60,003 bases of DNA from a virus (lineage: Duplodnaviria > Caudoviricetes). The notes beneath the pieces were generated by a model, which ran no database searches, had not been told where the DNA came from, and saw only the letters and a program-made list of their open reading frames with translations. The DNA lies in the IMG/VR virus record IMGVR_UViG_3300037408_000429, positions 1-60,003 of that record; one strand, 5' to 3'. Each line of letters starts with the position of its first letter. Position 1 is the stretch's first letter. The position numbers and the translations under genes are program-made. Positions 7,460 to 16,675 of the stretch are shown here, piece by piece.

Positions 7460-7945
7460 ATGTCAACAACGCCTGAAATCAAGATCCCGTGTTTCCACCC
7501 AGGAGTCTTCGCCATCGCCCTGGCGCTTCAAAACACCTTCAACACCCAGGAAGGTTTCGACTTCGTACCTGAAAAGGTCATGAAGGACACCCTGGAAGGG
7601 AGACCCGTGCTCGACTTGGTCAAGGGGTATGAGCTGGCGCAGTGGTGGGATCTCATGGCGCGGGCCTACCCAGAGACCAACAAACTCAAAATCACCACCG
7701 TGATGGCCTGCGAAGGCGCCGTGATGGCCAAGCCTGTAACCGAATCCTTTCTGCATTTCCAGGTAGCCGTGGATCCGGTGAACATGGTGGATCAACTGTG
7801 CCAGAAGTCCGTCGGGTATCTGTGCAAAGCATGGCCCGACTTTTTTAAGGCCGCTTCCAGCACGAGGGAACATCGGATTGCATCTGAAGCCACGGCTGGC
7901 GACAACATCTCGCCATTGCTTCGCGGAAGCGAGGAGGTTCAATGA
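7460..7945 (+). CDS. Hypothetical protein
   Basis: AAGGAG RBS, 161 aa. Confidence 0.7.
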   Translation: MSTTPEIKIPCFHPGVFAIALALQNTFNTQEGFDFVPEKVMKDTLEGRPVLDLVKGYELAQWWDLMARAYPETNKLKITTVMACEGAVMAKPVTESFLHFQVAVDPVNMVDQLCQKSVGYLCKAWPDFFKAASSTREHRIASEATAGDNISPLLRGSEEVQ

Positions 7946-8445
7946 GGATCTTCACAAGCATGGGCGAGATGCAGGTCCAGCTTCAACGTCTGCACGATCT
8001 GACCAGTAGGCCATGCTGGGGCGCAGATGGAACACCTTTCCCGGAACACTTGCCCATGGACAAGATCGTGGAGCGGTGCGCGATCAATCTGGAATCACAA
8101 TACGAAAATGCCGGTGAGAACCTTGTTCGACGATTAGACGACATGGCGACCACGATTTCCACCGGGCTTATGAAGATGGTCCACGCCATGCCTGGGACAT
8201 CAAGCACGGACAATAACACGAGAGCATTCTACGTATTCTTTGGTGCCTTCTGCTTCGCCGAACTGCCTACCCAAGAAGAGGCCGACCAGTGGATAGAGGA
8301 ACTATTAGATACCATCAAACAGTTCGCCATGGCCCAGGTCCACGAATCCTTTTCTGCCGCCTTAGACAATCGCCCCGCCAACTACATCGACCCCATGACC
8401 ATGACTATCGGAGGAATCTATGAGGATTCTGAAACTACAGGCTGA
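7942..8445 (+). CDS. Hypothetical protein
   Basis: GAGGAGG RBS, ATGA overlap. Confidence 0.7.
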   Translation: MRIFTSMGEMQVQLQRLHDLTSRPCWGADGTPFPEHLPMDKIVERCAINLESQYENAGENLVRRLDDMATTISTGLMKMVHAMPGTSSTDNNTRAFYVFFGAFCFAELPTQEEADQWIEELLDTIKQFAMAQVHESFSAALDNRPANYIDPMTMTIGGIYEDSETTG

Positions 8446-9784
8446 CAACTTCAAACGACTGAAGGCCGTTGACATCACCCCGAAGGGGGCCATTGTCCCG
8501 ATCACCGGCAAGAACGCGAACGGGAAGACCAGTGTCCTGGATGCGATCTGGGCGGCCCTGGGTGGGGCATCTCACATCCAGTCCGAGCCTATCCGGAAGG
8601 GCCATAACAAGGCCAAGATTCGCCTGGACCTGGGTGAGATCGTCGTCACACGGTCCTTCACCAAGGGCGGGACAACCCTGGCGGTCGAGAACAGCGAGGG
8701 TCTGCCCTACAAGAGCCCCCAGAAGATGCTCGATGATCTAGTGGGGGCACTGAGCTTCGACCCTCTGGAATTCACCCGGATGAAGCCGCGGGACCAGTAC
8801 GACACCCTGCGGGCCCTGGCCAAGGTGGAGATCGACATCGACAAACTGGATGCCCAGAACCGGGCGGACTACCAGCGTCGAACCGACATCAACAGGGATG
8901 CCAAGCTGCTTCGAGCCCAGGCCTTCGGGATCCCCACCGTGGAGGATCCCGGTCCCGCCGAGGACAGCGTGGAAGTGTCCGATGCGCTGCGGGCCCTTCG
9001 TGAGGCCAAGGACGAGGCCCGGGCCCAGAATGACAATCGCGCCGAACTGGAATGCACCATCGAGGCCAAGCGGGCCATCTTCACCCAGAAGCGGCAAGAG
9101 CTGGTCGAACTGAAGGAGTCCATCTCTGCGCTTGAGGACACCCTGTCTTCCATCCCGGTGACCGCAGACACCATGGCGCTCGACAGCCGGATCCTAGAAT
9201 TGGAGACCACCCTTGCCCAGGCCAGCGCCCGAGCAGAGGCCAGGAATGCCCACCTTTTGACGATCCAACGCAAGAAGGACCTGGAGACCGCGGCCGAAAC
9301 CAAGGAAAAGGAATCCGAAGACCTTACTGCGGCCATGGAAGCGCGAGAGAAGGCCAAGCAGGACGCCATCGCCAGGGCCGACATGCCCATTCCTGGTCTG
9401 TCGTTCGGGGAAGGCATGGTCCTATTCAATGGCGTGCCCTTCGATCAGGCATCCAGCGCAGAACGACTCAGGGTTTCCACGTCCATCGCCATGGCGGCCA
9501 ACCCAAAGCTGCGGGTGATTCGCATTGAGGATGGGTCCCTGCTGGACAGCGACTCGATGGATCTGCTCACCCAGCTCGCCACCGAACACGACTTCCAGGT
9601 GTGGATTGAGGTTGTGGACGGTTCTGGCAAAGTCGGCGTCTTCATCGAGGATGGGGAGGTCAAAGCCGACAACCAGGACGCGGCAGAGAAGGACGCCCCG
9701 CCCGAGACCGAACGGACGTTGAACGAAACAGAACTGCCGTCAACGAACGTTGAACGGACGTTGAACGATCTCGACATTCCCTGA
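8420..9784 (+). CDS. SMC/RecF-like AAA ATPase with coiled coil
   Basis: NFKRLK, Walker A GKNANGKTS, long coiled coil, ASSAE signature-like and IEDGSLLD Walker B-like. Confidence 0.85.
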   Translation: MRILKLQADNFKRLKAVDITPKGAIVPITGKNANGKTSVLDAIWAALGGASHIQSEPIRKGHNKAKIRLDLGEIVVTRSFTKGGTTLAVENSEGLPYKSPQKMLDDLVGALSFDPLEFTRMKPRDQYDTLRALAKVEIDIDKLDAQNRADYQRRTDINRDAKLLRAQAFGIPTVEDPGPAEDSVEVSDALRALREAKDEARAQNDNRAELECTIEAKRAIFTQKRQELVELKESISALEDTLSSIPVTADTMALDSRILELETTLAQASARAEARNAHLLTIQRKKDLETAAETKEKESEDLTAAMEAREKAKQDAIARADMPIPGLSFGEGMVLFNGVPFDQASSAERLRVSTSIAMAANPKLRVIRIEDGSLLDSDSMDLLTQLATEHDFQVWIEVVDGSGKVGVFIEDGEVKADNQDAAEKDAPPETERTLNETELPSTNVERTLNDLDIP

Positions 9785-9804
9785 ACGACCGTTGAACGTA
9801 CGTT
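9710..9804. repeat. GAACGNNCGTT 11-bp repeat cluster
   Basis: 17-bp exact repeat GAACGGACGTTGAACGA at 9710 and 9752; variants at 9783 and 9794. Confidence 0.7.
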
Positions 9805-9834
9805 AAAAAAAGGGGCCCGATTGGCCCCCTTTTT
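9805..9834. terminator. Bidirectional rho-independent terminator
   Basis: A7-GGGGCC-loop-GGCCCC-T-tract between convergent transcription units. Confidence 0.8.
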
Positions 9835-9969
9835 AATGCCTTCTGTGTAGCAACCATTCAGACCACCAGTAATGCGTTACCGCCATCAGCCAGATGGCCA
9901 CAATCAGTAGGGCGACAACGAGTTCCATGGCAGACTCCATGAGGGCACCGCTGGCAAGATTGGCCAGGG

Positions 9970-10395
9970 TTATTTCGGCATGGTTGGGTAGGTGGGTTCA
10001 GCCTCGGCCGCCTGGATCAGGAACCCAGGGCAAGGGAAGTCATCATTGCAGTAACGCTTACGAACTGATCCGGTCACGATCCTGGAGTCATCCGCCCAGA
10101 GGATCCCATTGAGAGCGTCGCACACCAGCTTGCCGTAGTTGTCCCAGTCCGGGCGGCCCGTGGGCACCGGGAACTTGATGGCAGAGGCCTTGGTCTTGGG
10201 GCGAAGCACGAAAACCCAGATGAGCACATTGAGGGCGCAGTCCAAGGGAGGGTTGCGCCACTGTGATCCCACTACCTGCTGGACCAGGGTTTCCGCGGTG
10301 GCTGTCTTCTTGGGCGTGAAGGAGTGGCCGACCTTGGTGACCCGAGCCCTGCCCTTGGGGACCGGAGTCATGTGAACAAAGAATTCAGCTATCAT
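9970..10395 (-). CDS. rusA: RusA-family Holliday junction resolvase
   Basis: PVPKGRAR, RPDWDNYGKLVCDALNGILWADDSRIV. Confidence 0.9.
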   Translation of the reverse strand: MIAEFFVHMTPVPKGRARVTKVGHSFTPKKTATAETLVQQVVGSQWRNPPLDCALNVLIWVFVLRPKTKASAIKFPVPTGRPDWDNYGKLVCDALNGILWADDSRIVTGSVRKRYCNDDFPCPGFLIQAAEAEPTYPTMPK

Positions 10396-10604
10396 TTACC
10401 GACCCCCATTCGGACGACCCACCGGATGCACACGGAAGGGATGTAGTGTTTTCGGGCGAGACCGGGCGCCGTCACATAGGGCATACCCATGTCCACCCAT
10501 TTCTGGAGAGTCTTGTAGCAGGGTGGGGACGAACAGCACCCGGCCGGCCCCGCCATGATGATGGCCAGGGCGCGGCCTGTTACTGGACGTTCTCTTCTGG
10601 CCAT
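10392..10604 (-). CDS. Small DNA-binding protein (HTH/Xis-like)
   Basis: YKTLQKWVDMGMP...Y...CIRW pattern. Confidence 0.45.
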   Translation of the reverse strand: MARRERPVTGRALAIIMAGPAGCCSSPPCYKTLQKWVDMGMPYVTAPGLARKHYIPSVCIRWVVRMGVGK

Positions 10605-10606
10605 GT

Positions 10607-11701
10607 TCACTCCATCGGGATATCAAGAGTCCCGCGGGCGCCAGCCTTCTGGATCGCATCGCCCGTTTTCGAGGCCTGGGCTTTCGCGCGTTCTGCGGGG
10701 CTGGCTTGCTCCAGGTTTGTTTTGGGGTTACCGCCCTGGGCAGCATCCGAAGACGGCATAGCGGCGGAATCCTGCGAAGCGGCCGCGGGTTTCTTGGACT
10801 GCTTCTCGGAGGCCTTGGCGGCGGATGCCTTCATGGCGGATTCCCGATCCTCCTCCACAGCCCGAAGAACCTCGGACCAGGAAGCATCGCCTTCTCGCAC
10901 GGCGGTATAGACCCCGCGGAGAGACTGAAGTTCGGCTGGGGTCACCGTGGAAATTTCGTGGCCCAGGTACTTCTCGATCTGGTCGGGCATGATGTTCTGT
11001 TCCTGGAACGCATCCAGAACCCTCTTCAAGGCAGCCTTGGGGTCCGCACTGTCCCGGCTGTCCAAGGTTTTCTTGATCTGCTGGATGGCATCTTCCTTGA
11101 TGTCGGACGGGAACAGACGCATGATCGCATCGCGTCGGGCCTTGGCCACCATGGCGGCCTGCTTCGCCTGGAGATCGTCGTCCGTGGCCTGGACCAGGTA
11201 GACAACCTTCCCGTTGGAGTTCATGCGCTGGCTCAGGACAGTCTGGCCATCCTTGGGCTTGGAGCGTTCGACAGTCTTGGGGACCACGATGATCGAGGAA
11301 TCCGTGTTGTTGCTCTCCAGGTCCATCAAGGCGAACTGGACCACGCGCTTGTCGTCGTTCTCGAAGACCACCTTGACCTCGCTCAGGGTGTTCTTCATGG
11401 CCCGGACAGCCTCTTCGGCGAACCGAATGGATGGGCCCTCGGCGTAGTTCTGGACCCACTGGCCGTTGACCTCCTTCTTCCCCACGGGCTTGCGGTAGAG
11501 GGCCTGTTCGGCAAAAGTGGTGCGCTTGCATGCCTCCAGGATGACGGCTCGGGTTTGGTGCAGATTCCTTGGCAGCTTCATAGCCAGGAGACATCGGGCT
11601 TCCACCATGGCTCTGGCCTCGGCTTCCTGGGCGCGTTCCGCGGCGTTGACCTGGTGCGTCTGCAAGGTATTGATTTGGGTCACTTCCAACTGATCGTTCA
11701 C
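10607..11701 (-). CDS. Putative ssDNA annealing/recombination protein partnered with YqaJ
   Basis: ALYRKPVG, EGPSIRFAE family pattern; directly downstream of the exonuclease. Confidence 0.55.
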   Translation of the reverse strand: MNDQLEVTQINTLQTHQVNAAERAQEAEARAMVEARCLLAMKLPRNLHQTRAVILEACKRTTFAEQALYRKPVGKKEVNGQWVQNYAEGPSIRFAEEAVRAMKNTLSEVKVVFENDDKRVVQFALMDLESNNTDSSIIVVPKTVERSKPKDGQTVLSQRMNSNGKVVYLVQATDDDLQAKQAAMVAKARRDAIMRLFPSDIKEDAIQQIKKTLDSRDSADPKAALKRVLDAFQEQNIMPDQIEKYLGHEISTVTPAELQSLRGVYTAVREGDASWSEVLRAVEEDRESAMKASAAKASEKQSKKPAAASQDSAAMPSSDAAQGGNPKTNLEQASPAERAKAQASKTGDAIQKAGARGTLDIPME

Positions 11702-11710
11702 ATTTAGCTC

Positions 11711-12739
11711 CTATCGCCAGTAAGGGTGTAGCCGCGGAGTCGCGGGCTCGGGTTTGACGGTCGTGGTGTACTTGGCCTTGATTTCCTGGGCCAAGCGGAT
11801 GAAGTCCGACATCACCCCATCGGGAAGCCGGAGATTGGGGACCTTGGTGAGCAGGTCGAACCAGGCGGGCTCGGCGGCAAACTCGTCATGCTCGGGCTTC
11901 TCTTCGGGCTTCTGGTAGGTGAAGGAACCCTTGGCATGCACCACCTTGGTAGCCTGGTTTCCGGCAATCCAGCTGGCAATCTTCCCCGCCAGCTGACGCT
12001 TCAGGGCGTCCATGCCGTTGATCTTGTCGCTCAGTTCTTTGTATTCCTCGGCCCATCGCTCAAGCATCGGATCGGCCTCGACCGCGATACCCTTCTTCCC
12101 GCCATGGGCCATGGCCTGATCCGCGACGGCCTTCATAACCATCTCGGGGCTGAAGAATTCAATCGGAGGCTGGAGCTTGGGCTCGATGAAGTTCTGCCAA
12201 AAGTTGATCCCGTTCTGGCGCATCATCCCGAAGAGCTCTGGGTCGAAAGTGATGGGGTAGTCCCTCTGGATCCGGTTCTTGCCCAGGAATAAGCAGCTCA
12301 GGACACCATCATCGAAACCCAGGGTGCCGATGTAGTGGTTCACTTGACCCAGGTAGTAGATGGGCACAGAATTGGGCTCGCAGTCTTCTCCCCATTCCGT
12401 GTCGTGACGATACAGCTGCTCCTCTCCGGCGGTCTTGCACTCCAGGACACGCTTCTGGTTGGCGTAGAGCCTGTCTGGATTGGCAGCGATGAAGTCAAAC
12501 TCAGGGTCAAACACGGGGTCCGGGTGCTCGACAAGCTGGGCAGAGAACCGGCGAGCATGGCGCATGGCCACCACCGGCTCGAGATCCCGCCCCATTTCCA
12601 TGGCCGGATTGTCCTCGGTCGTGTTCCCTTTGACCTTCTCCAGCCACACATCCCCGGGCTTCTTCCACTTCGAGAACCCGGAGATCGCTACCAGGTCGGT
12701 TCCCCCCAGGTAGGTTTGACGCAACTTCAGATCAAGCAT
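11711..12739 (-). CDS. YqaJ-like viral recombinase exonuclease
   Basis: RQTYLGGTD, G.DLEP, ANPDR...LECKT, Y.GQVNHY; start MLDLK with AGGAGG RBS. Confidence 0.9.
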   Translation of the reverse strand: MLDLKLRQTYLGGTDLVAISGFSKWKKPGDVWLEKVKGNTTEDNPAMEMGRDLEPVVAMRHARRFSAQLVEHPDPVFDPEFDFIAANPDRLYANQKRVLECKTAGEEQLYRHDTEWGEDCEPNSVPIYYLGQVNHYIGTLGFDDGVLSCLFLGKNRIQRDYPITFDPELFGMMRQNGINFWQNFIEPKLQPPIEFFSPEMVMKAVADQAMAHGGKKGIAVEADPMLERWAEEYKELSDKINGMDALKRQLAGKIASWIAGNQATKVVHAKGSFTYQKPEEKPEHDEFAAEPAWFDLLTKVPNLRLPDGVMSDFIRLAQEIKAKYTTTVKPEPATPRLHPYWR

Positions 12740-12762
12740 GTCTCCTCCTTGGTGACAACTCC

Positions 12763-12862
12763 AGCATAGGCACGTCCGGTGGATAGTCAAGCAGGTTCGA
12801 TTTGTTTCGATTTGATTCGATTTCATCTCAATGCTTGACACATGGTAAAGTAGTCCTATCTT
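12763..12862. promoter_or_regulatory. Divergent promoters flanking three 10-bp-phased TTCGATTT boxes
   Basis: Minus: TTGACT-16-TATGCT; plus: TTGACA-16-TATCTT; boxes at 12796, 12806, 12816. Confidence 0.6.
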
Positions 12863-12892
12863 GGAATATGCGCTAAGGTTAGCCTCGGAGGT

Positions 12893-15031
12893 ATGATGGA
12901 AGATCATGAACCAAGCCTGAACCCGAGGGCCGAACTTGAGCATGTCGCATCCCTGGCCCCCGAGCAAAGGCCAGAGAGACTCACTCTCTTGAGCCAGGAC
13001 GACAGCATGCTCTGTGCTTTTGGGAAATGGTACTTGGAGGATTCAGTAGGGTTCTCGACGGCCATCGCTCGCATTTCTCAGCTGAAGCCCAGGCTGCCCA
13101 ATCGAATCCTGGACGCCTTTACCCGCGCCGTCGAATCGGCATCCCTGGGTCTTGGCCGCAAGGTAGGCACACACCCTGTTCCCCTGGGTTCGCTTCTCCC
13201 CCACGCGCAGGGGGATGACCTTCTCGTGCCGGCCGGGTACACCCTGGAGACCACGGGGACCTACCGGGTGGACAGGCGCAGGGGCAAGGAACTGATCGCT
13301 CATTATCCCATCATCCTGGAAGGCTACGTTCGAGACGTTGAGCAGTCGGCGAGTCTGGTGGTGGTGGCCTGGAGGGCCGGAACCGAGTGGCGCCGAATGG
13401 CCATTACCCGGGAGACCATGGGAGTATCTCCGGACCTGGCTCGCGTGGCCGGACAGTTCGGAGCCCCCATTCATTCAGGGAATGCGACATCCCTGGTGGC
13501 CTACTTCAGCGCCTTCGAGGCCCTAAATCTGGCGAAGTTCGAGGAGACCAAGGGCATGTCCAGGATGGGGTGGACGCCGGAGCTCGACGCATTCCTGGTC
13601 GGGTCCAGGCTTATCACCCAGAGCGGGGAAGAGACTATTCAGAGCCCCTCTACCCTGAAAGAGGGATGGGGCAAAATCCAGCGAGTATTCGTGCCCAGCG
13701 GGAACGAGGTAGGGAAGATCCTGTCCGGGTACCACAGGAAGGGAACCCTGGAACACTGGCAGGAGGCCCTGGACATCGCCAAGGAACATCCGCTCGCGCT
13801 CACCGGCATCTATCTTTCCCTGCTCCCCCCCCTCATGCAAATCTTGAGCGCCGACAACCTGGTGTTCGAGTGGTCTGGCCGGTCATCTGTCGGCAAGAGC
13901 ACGGCCCTGTCTCTGGCCGCAAGTGTGTGGGGTCAGCCCAGATTGAACCTGGACCCATCCATCGTTTCTTCCTGGCGCGTGACAGATGTCTATGTGGAGC
14001 GCCTGCTTGCCACCATCGGAGACCTTCCTATCTTCCTGGACGACACCAGAACGGCGATAACCTCGCGCAAGAACGGCATTGATCCCGTCCAGGTCGTCTA
14101 TGACGTGGTGGCCGGCACCACCAAGGGCCGCGGGACCATCGACGGAACCGAGCAGAAGAGGGCCTGGAGAACCGTGCTTCTATCGACGGGAGAGGACCCC
14201 ATCACCGGCAACAGCACCAAGGGGGGCGTGTTTGCCCGGTCCTGGGCCATCAACGCATGGCCCTTTGGGGAGGTCAGTCCTAATTCTGCGGCTCGAGTAC
14301 TGCGAATCGAAACCGTCATCGGGTCGAACTATGGGCACCTGGGCCCGATTTTTGTCCAGAAGCTCATGCGGCAACGGAAGGTCTGGCCCAAGTGGAAGGC
14401 CATCTATCAGGATCTCCGGGACAACTACGGGACCAAGGGTGTAGCAGGGGACATGGGGGGCATCACTGGGCGACTCGGGAAGAACCTGGCAGCCATTGAA
14501 CTTTGCGCCAACATTTGTCGATCCGTCCTCCCGGAGATCTTTGCAGACGTAGAATTCAAGAACACCATCGCCGAATTGTGGCGGTGGGCTCAGGTTGAGG
14601 GCGCCGGAATCGACACCTACCAAGAAGCGGCCTTGTCCCTCCGGAATCATGTGGCCAGCAACCAGTCCAAGTTCTACTTCCGCGGGCGCGAAGAACCCAA
14701 GGACAAGTCAGGATGGTGGGGAGTGTGGCCGCTTCCTTCTCCAGGAAACATGGCGCCCTCAGTCTTCATCAAACCCGACATCGTGTTTGGACGCCTGAAG
14801 GCGGATGGCCACAGCAATCCCATGGCGGTGCTTTCAGAGTGGGAAAAGATGGGGATCGTAAAGCCATCCACGGACAGGGCCGGCAAGAAGGCCTATCCGC
14901 GCAAGCGCATCAAGATCGGCAATTCAACCATTTCGGCTATCGAGCTGGTTCTTCCGGCCGAGAACGCAGAGATTCTTGAAGCCTATGAGCGTCTGGCCGA
15001 GAACGCAGACGCAGCAGTCCGCGGGCCTTAG
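12893..15031 (+). CDS. DUF927 (Cch-like) replicative helicase/ATPase
   Basis: SRMGW, Walker A GRSSVGKST..LAASVWG.P, LPIFLDD, GKGRG-like, WRTVLLSTGE, NYGHLG. Confidence 0.85.
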   Translation: MMEDHEPSLNPRAELEHVASLAPEQRPERLTLLSQDDSMLCAFGKWYLEDSVGFSTAIARISQLKPRLPNRILDAFTRAVESASLGLGRKVGTHPVPLGSLLPHAQGDDLLVPAGYTLETTGTYRVDRRRGKELIAHYPIILEGYVRDVEQSASLVVVAWRAGTEWRRMAITRETMGVSPDLARVAGQFGAPIHSGNATSLVAYFSAFEALNLAKFEETKGMSRMGWTPELDAFLVGSRLITQSGEETIQSPSTLKEGWGKIQRVFVPSGNEVGKILSGYHRKGTLEHWQEALDIAKEHPLALTGIYLSLLPPLMQILSADNLVFEWSGRSSVGKSTALSLAASVWGQPRLNLDPSIVSSWRVTDVYVERLLATIGDLPIFLDDTRTAITSRKNGIDPVQVVYDVVAGTTKGRGTIDGTEQKRAWRTVLLSTGEDPITGNSTKGGVFARSWAINAWPFGEVSPNSAARVLRIETVIGSNYGHLGPIFVQKLMRQRKVWPKWKAIYQDLRDNYGTKGVAGDMGGITGRLGKNLAAIELCANICRSVLPEIFADVEFKNTIAELWRWAQVEGAGIDTYQEAALSLRNHVASNQSKFYFRGREEPKDKSGWWGVWPLPSPGNMAPSVFIKPDIVFGRLKADGHSNPMAVLSEWEKMGIVKPSTDRAGKKAYPRKRIKIGNSTISAIELVLPAENAEILEAYERLAENADAAVRGP

Positions 15032-15035
15032 CCAC

Positions 15036-15270
15036 GGCTAGGAGGGGCGAGACGCGGTAAGGCATGGCAGGACCGGTGATGTATGGCTTAGCTGGGCGTG
15101 ATGAACTTTGGCAGGAATGGCCTGGACGTGTCCGGCATGAAAAGGCGCGGCTGGGAAAGGCAGGCGTGGCTAGGACGGACAAGACAAGGCGGGATGGGGC
15201 TATGATTGGCGCGGCAGGAAGAAGGGGCAGGGCGTGGTGCGGTGTGGGTGGGAGTGGCTAGGCAGGAACG
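15036..15270 (+). ncRNA. GG(Y)NN pentamer array delimited by GGCA, putative guide-RNA array
   Basis: GGCAGG at 15066, 15110, 15159, 15213, 15261; units of 44/49/54/48 nt = GGCA + 8-10 pentamers. Confidence 0.65.
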
Positions 15271-15306
15271 CATTGGCAAACAAAACAACAACCTACAGGA
15301 GATAAC

Positions 15307-15927
15307 ATGGCAAAGAAGAGCGACATCAACCAGGCAACAGTCGGAATTAAGACCCTCACCCTCACGCTCCGGGGGCGCAAGGGATCGCCCCTGGTAATCC
15401 ATGCCTTCGCGGAAAAGGCGAAGGAGGAGATCAGACAGAAGCAGGCGAAGGCTGTCAAGAAGGCCAAGGAGGCGCGGGACACGAACGCCGAATTCCTGGC
15501 GGCACGATACGTGGATAGCCAGGGCCGCGAGTGTGCCCCCATCACAGCCCTCAAGAAATCCATCATATCGGCGGCAACAGCATTCGACGACCTTACCAAG
15601 GTGGGCCTACGGCAAGCCCTCTTTGTGGACAGCGTTGCAAACCCTGGTTCCCCACTGGTCCCCATCGAAAAGCATGACGGTTCTCCCGCAGTTGGAGTCA
15701 TGCGCGAGGATGCTGTGACCATCGGGATCAACACCCGGGGCCTCACCTACCGCCCCGAATACCCAGAATGGCAACTTCGGATCAGCATCGAATTCAACCC
15801 CCGACTGGTTTCCGAAGAACAGCTTCTCGCCTTGGTCGATCGGGCTGGATGGGGAGTTGGCATCTGCGAGGGGCGCCCCGAGAAGTCTTCCGCCCTGGGC
15901 TGGGGGCGCTTTGAGCGCGTGGTGTAG
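15307..15927 (+). CDS. Standalone RAMP/Cas7-like phage protein (Vipr-like)
   Basis: N-terminal LTLRG..SPLVIH strand, P.TALKK, YRPEY..W, C-terminal Gly-rich loop AGWGVGICEGRP...GWGRF. Confidence 0.65.
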   Translation: MAKKSDINQATVGIKTLTLTLRGRKGSPLVIHAFAEKAKEEIRQKQAKAVKKAKEARDTNAEFLAARYVDSQGRECAPITALKKSIISAATAFDDLTKVGLRQALFVDSVANPGSPLVPIEKHDGSPAVGVMREDAVTIGINTRGLTYRPEYPEWQLRISIEFNPRLVSEEQLLALVDRAGWGVGICEGRPEKSSALGWGRFERVV

Positions 15928-15929
15928 CC

Positions 15930-16265
15930 ATGTGGGTCGCAGATCAACCAGCAGGGCCCGTGGATCAAAGGATGGACCCCAAGCCATACCAGCCCAACGA
16001 CGCCCAGACATGGGCCCTGGCTGCTTTTCTGTGCCTGCTGGCCACCGTCATCACATGGGACTCTTGTGACGCAAGAGCGAAGGCCAAGGAGGAAAGAATG
16101 CGGTATCTGGACGAGACAAAACGACTACAGGCCGAACAGGACAAGATTTTCATTCAAGCCAAGATCGACGCGCTTCGTGCCGCTGGAATTGATAGGCTCA
16201 AGTTTGAAGAGATATTGGCCAAAGAGAAGGCGCGAAAGGCGAAAGCCAAGGAGAAGTCACGTTGA
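15930..16265 (+). CDS. Hypothetical membrane-anchored protein
   Basis: One TM helix plus coiled coil; start may be 15972. Confidence 0.55.
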   Translation: MWVADQPAGPVDQRMDPKPYQPNDAQTWALAAFLCLLATVITWDSCDARAKAKEERMRYLDETKRLQAEQDKIFIQAKIDALRAAGIDRLKFEEILAKEKARKAKAKEKSR

Positions 16266-16669
16266 CCGTCCACCTTTCCAAGCAGCGATCCTACAACGCC
16301 AAGCGGTATCGCGCATGGCGCAAGATAGGCCTCTGTGGTTACTGCGGCAAACACCATGCCCGCGAGGGTTATTCGACATGTCAGGCCTGCGGAGACCGCA
16401 ACTCCAAAGCCAACCGGGAGCGCCGGAAGAACCTAAAGAAGCACTGGAAGACATTAGGGATTTGCCAGACATGCGGGTGCCGATCCGTTATTTCTGGTCT
16501 GACTTGGTGCGCCGTGTGCGCGGAAGATCACACCGAGCATAGCAGAAACCGCTACCGCAAGAATCGGTCGGCAGGACTGTGCCCGACATGCGGCAAGACA
16601 CCTGACGAACCAGGATTTATTCAGTGTCTATCATGCAGGACCAAGCGCAGGTTGCGTAGTAAGGAGTGA
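16262..16669 (+). CDS. Basic protein with three CxxC...CxxC repeats
   Basis: GLCGYCG..CQAC, GICQTCG..CAVC, GLCPTCG..CLSC. Confidence 0.75.
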   Translation: MTVHLSKQRSYNAKRYRAWRKIGLCGYCGKHHAREGYSTCQACGDRNSKANRERRKNLKKHWKTLGICQTCGCRSVISGLTWCAVCAEDHTEHSRNRYRKNRSAGLCPTCGKTPDEPGFIQCLSCRTKRRLRSKE

Positions 16670-16675
16670 TGATCT

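Noticed and set aside
10706-11707. Long antisense ORFs (also 30226-31227, 33727-34665, 49023-49970, 56805-58614)
   Set aside because: Shadow frames opposite well-supported genes in GC-rich DNA
15036-15270. Canonical CRISPR array or simple G-quadruplex/microsatellite
   Set aside because: No long identical repeats with spacers; only GG doublets with variable dinucleotides
15064-15402. ORFs 15064-15261, 15088-15402 and 15206-15397
   Set aside because: Low-complexity translations of the 5-nt-periodic array; the period is not codon-compatible
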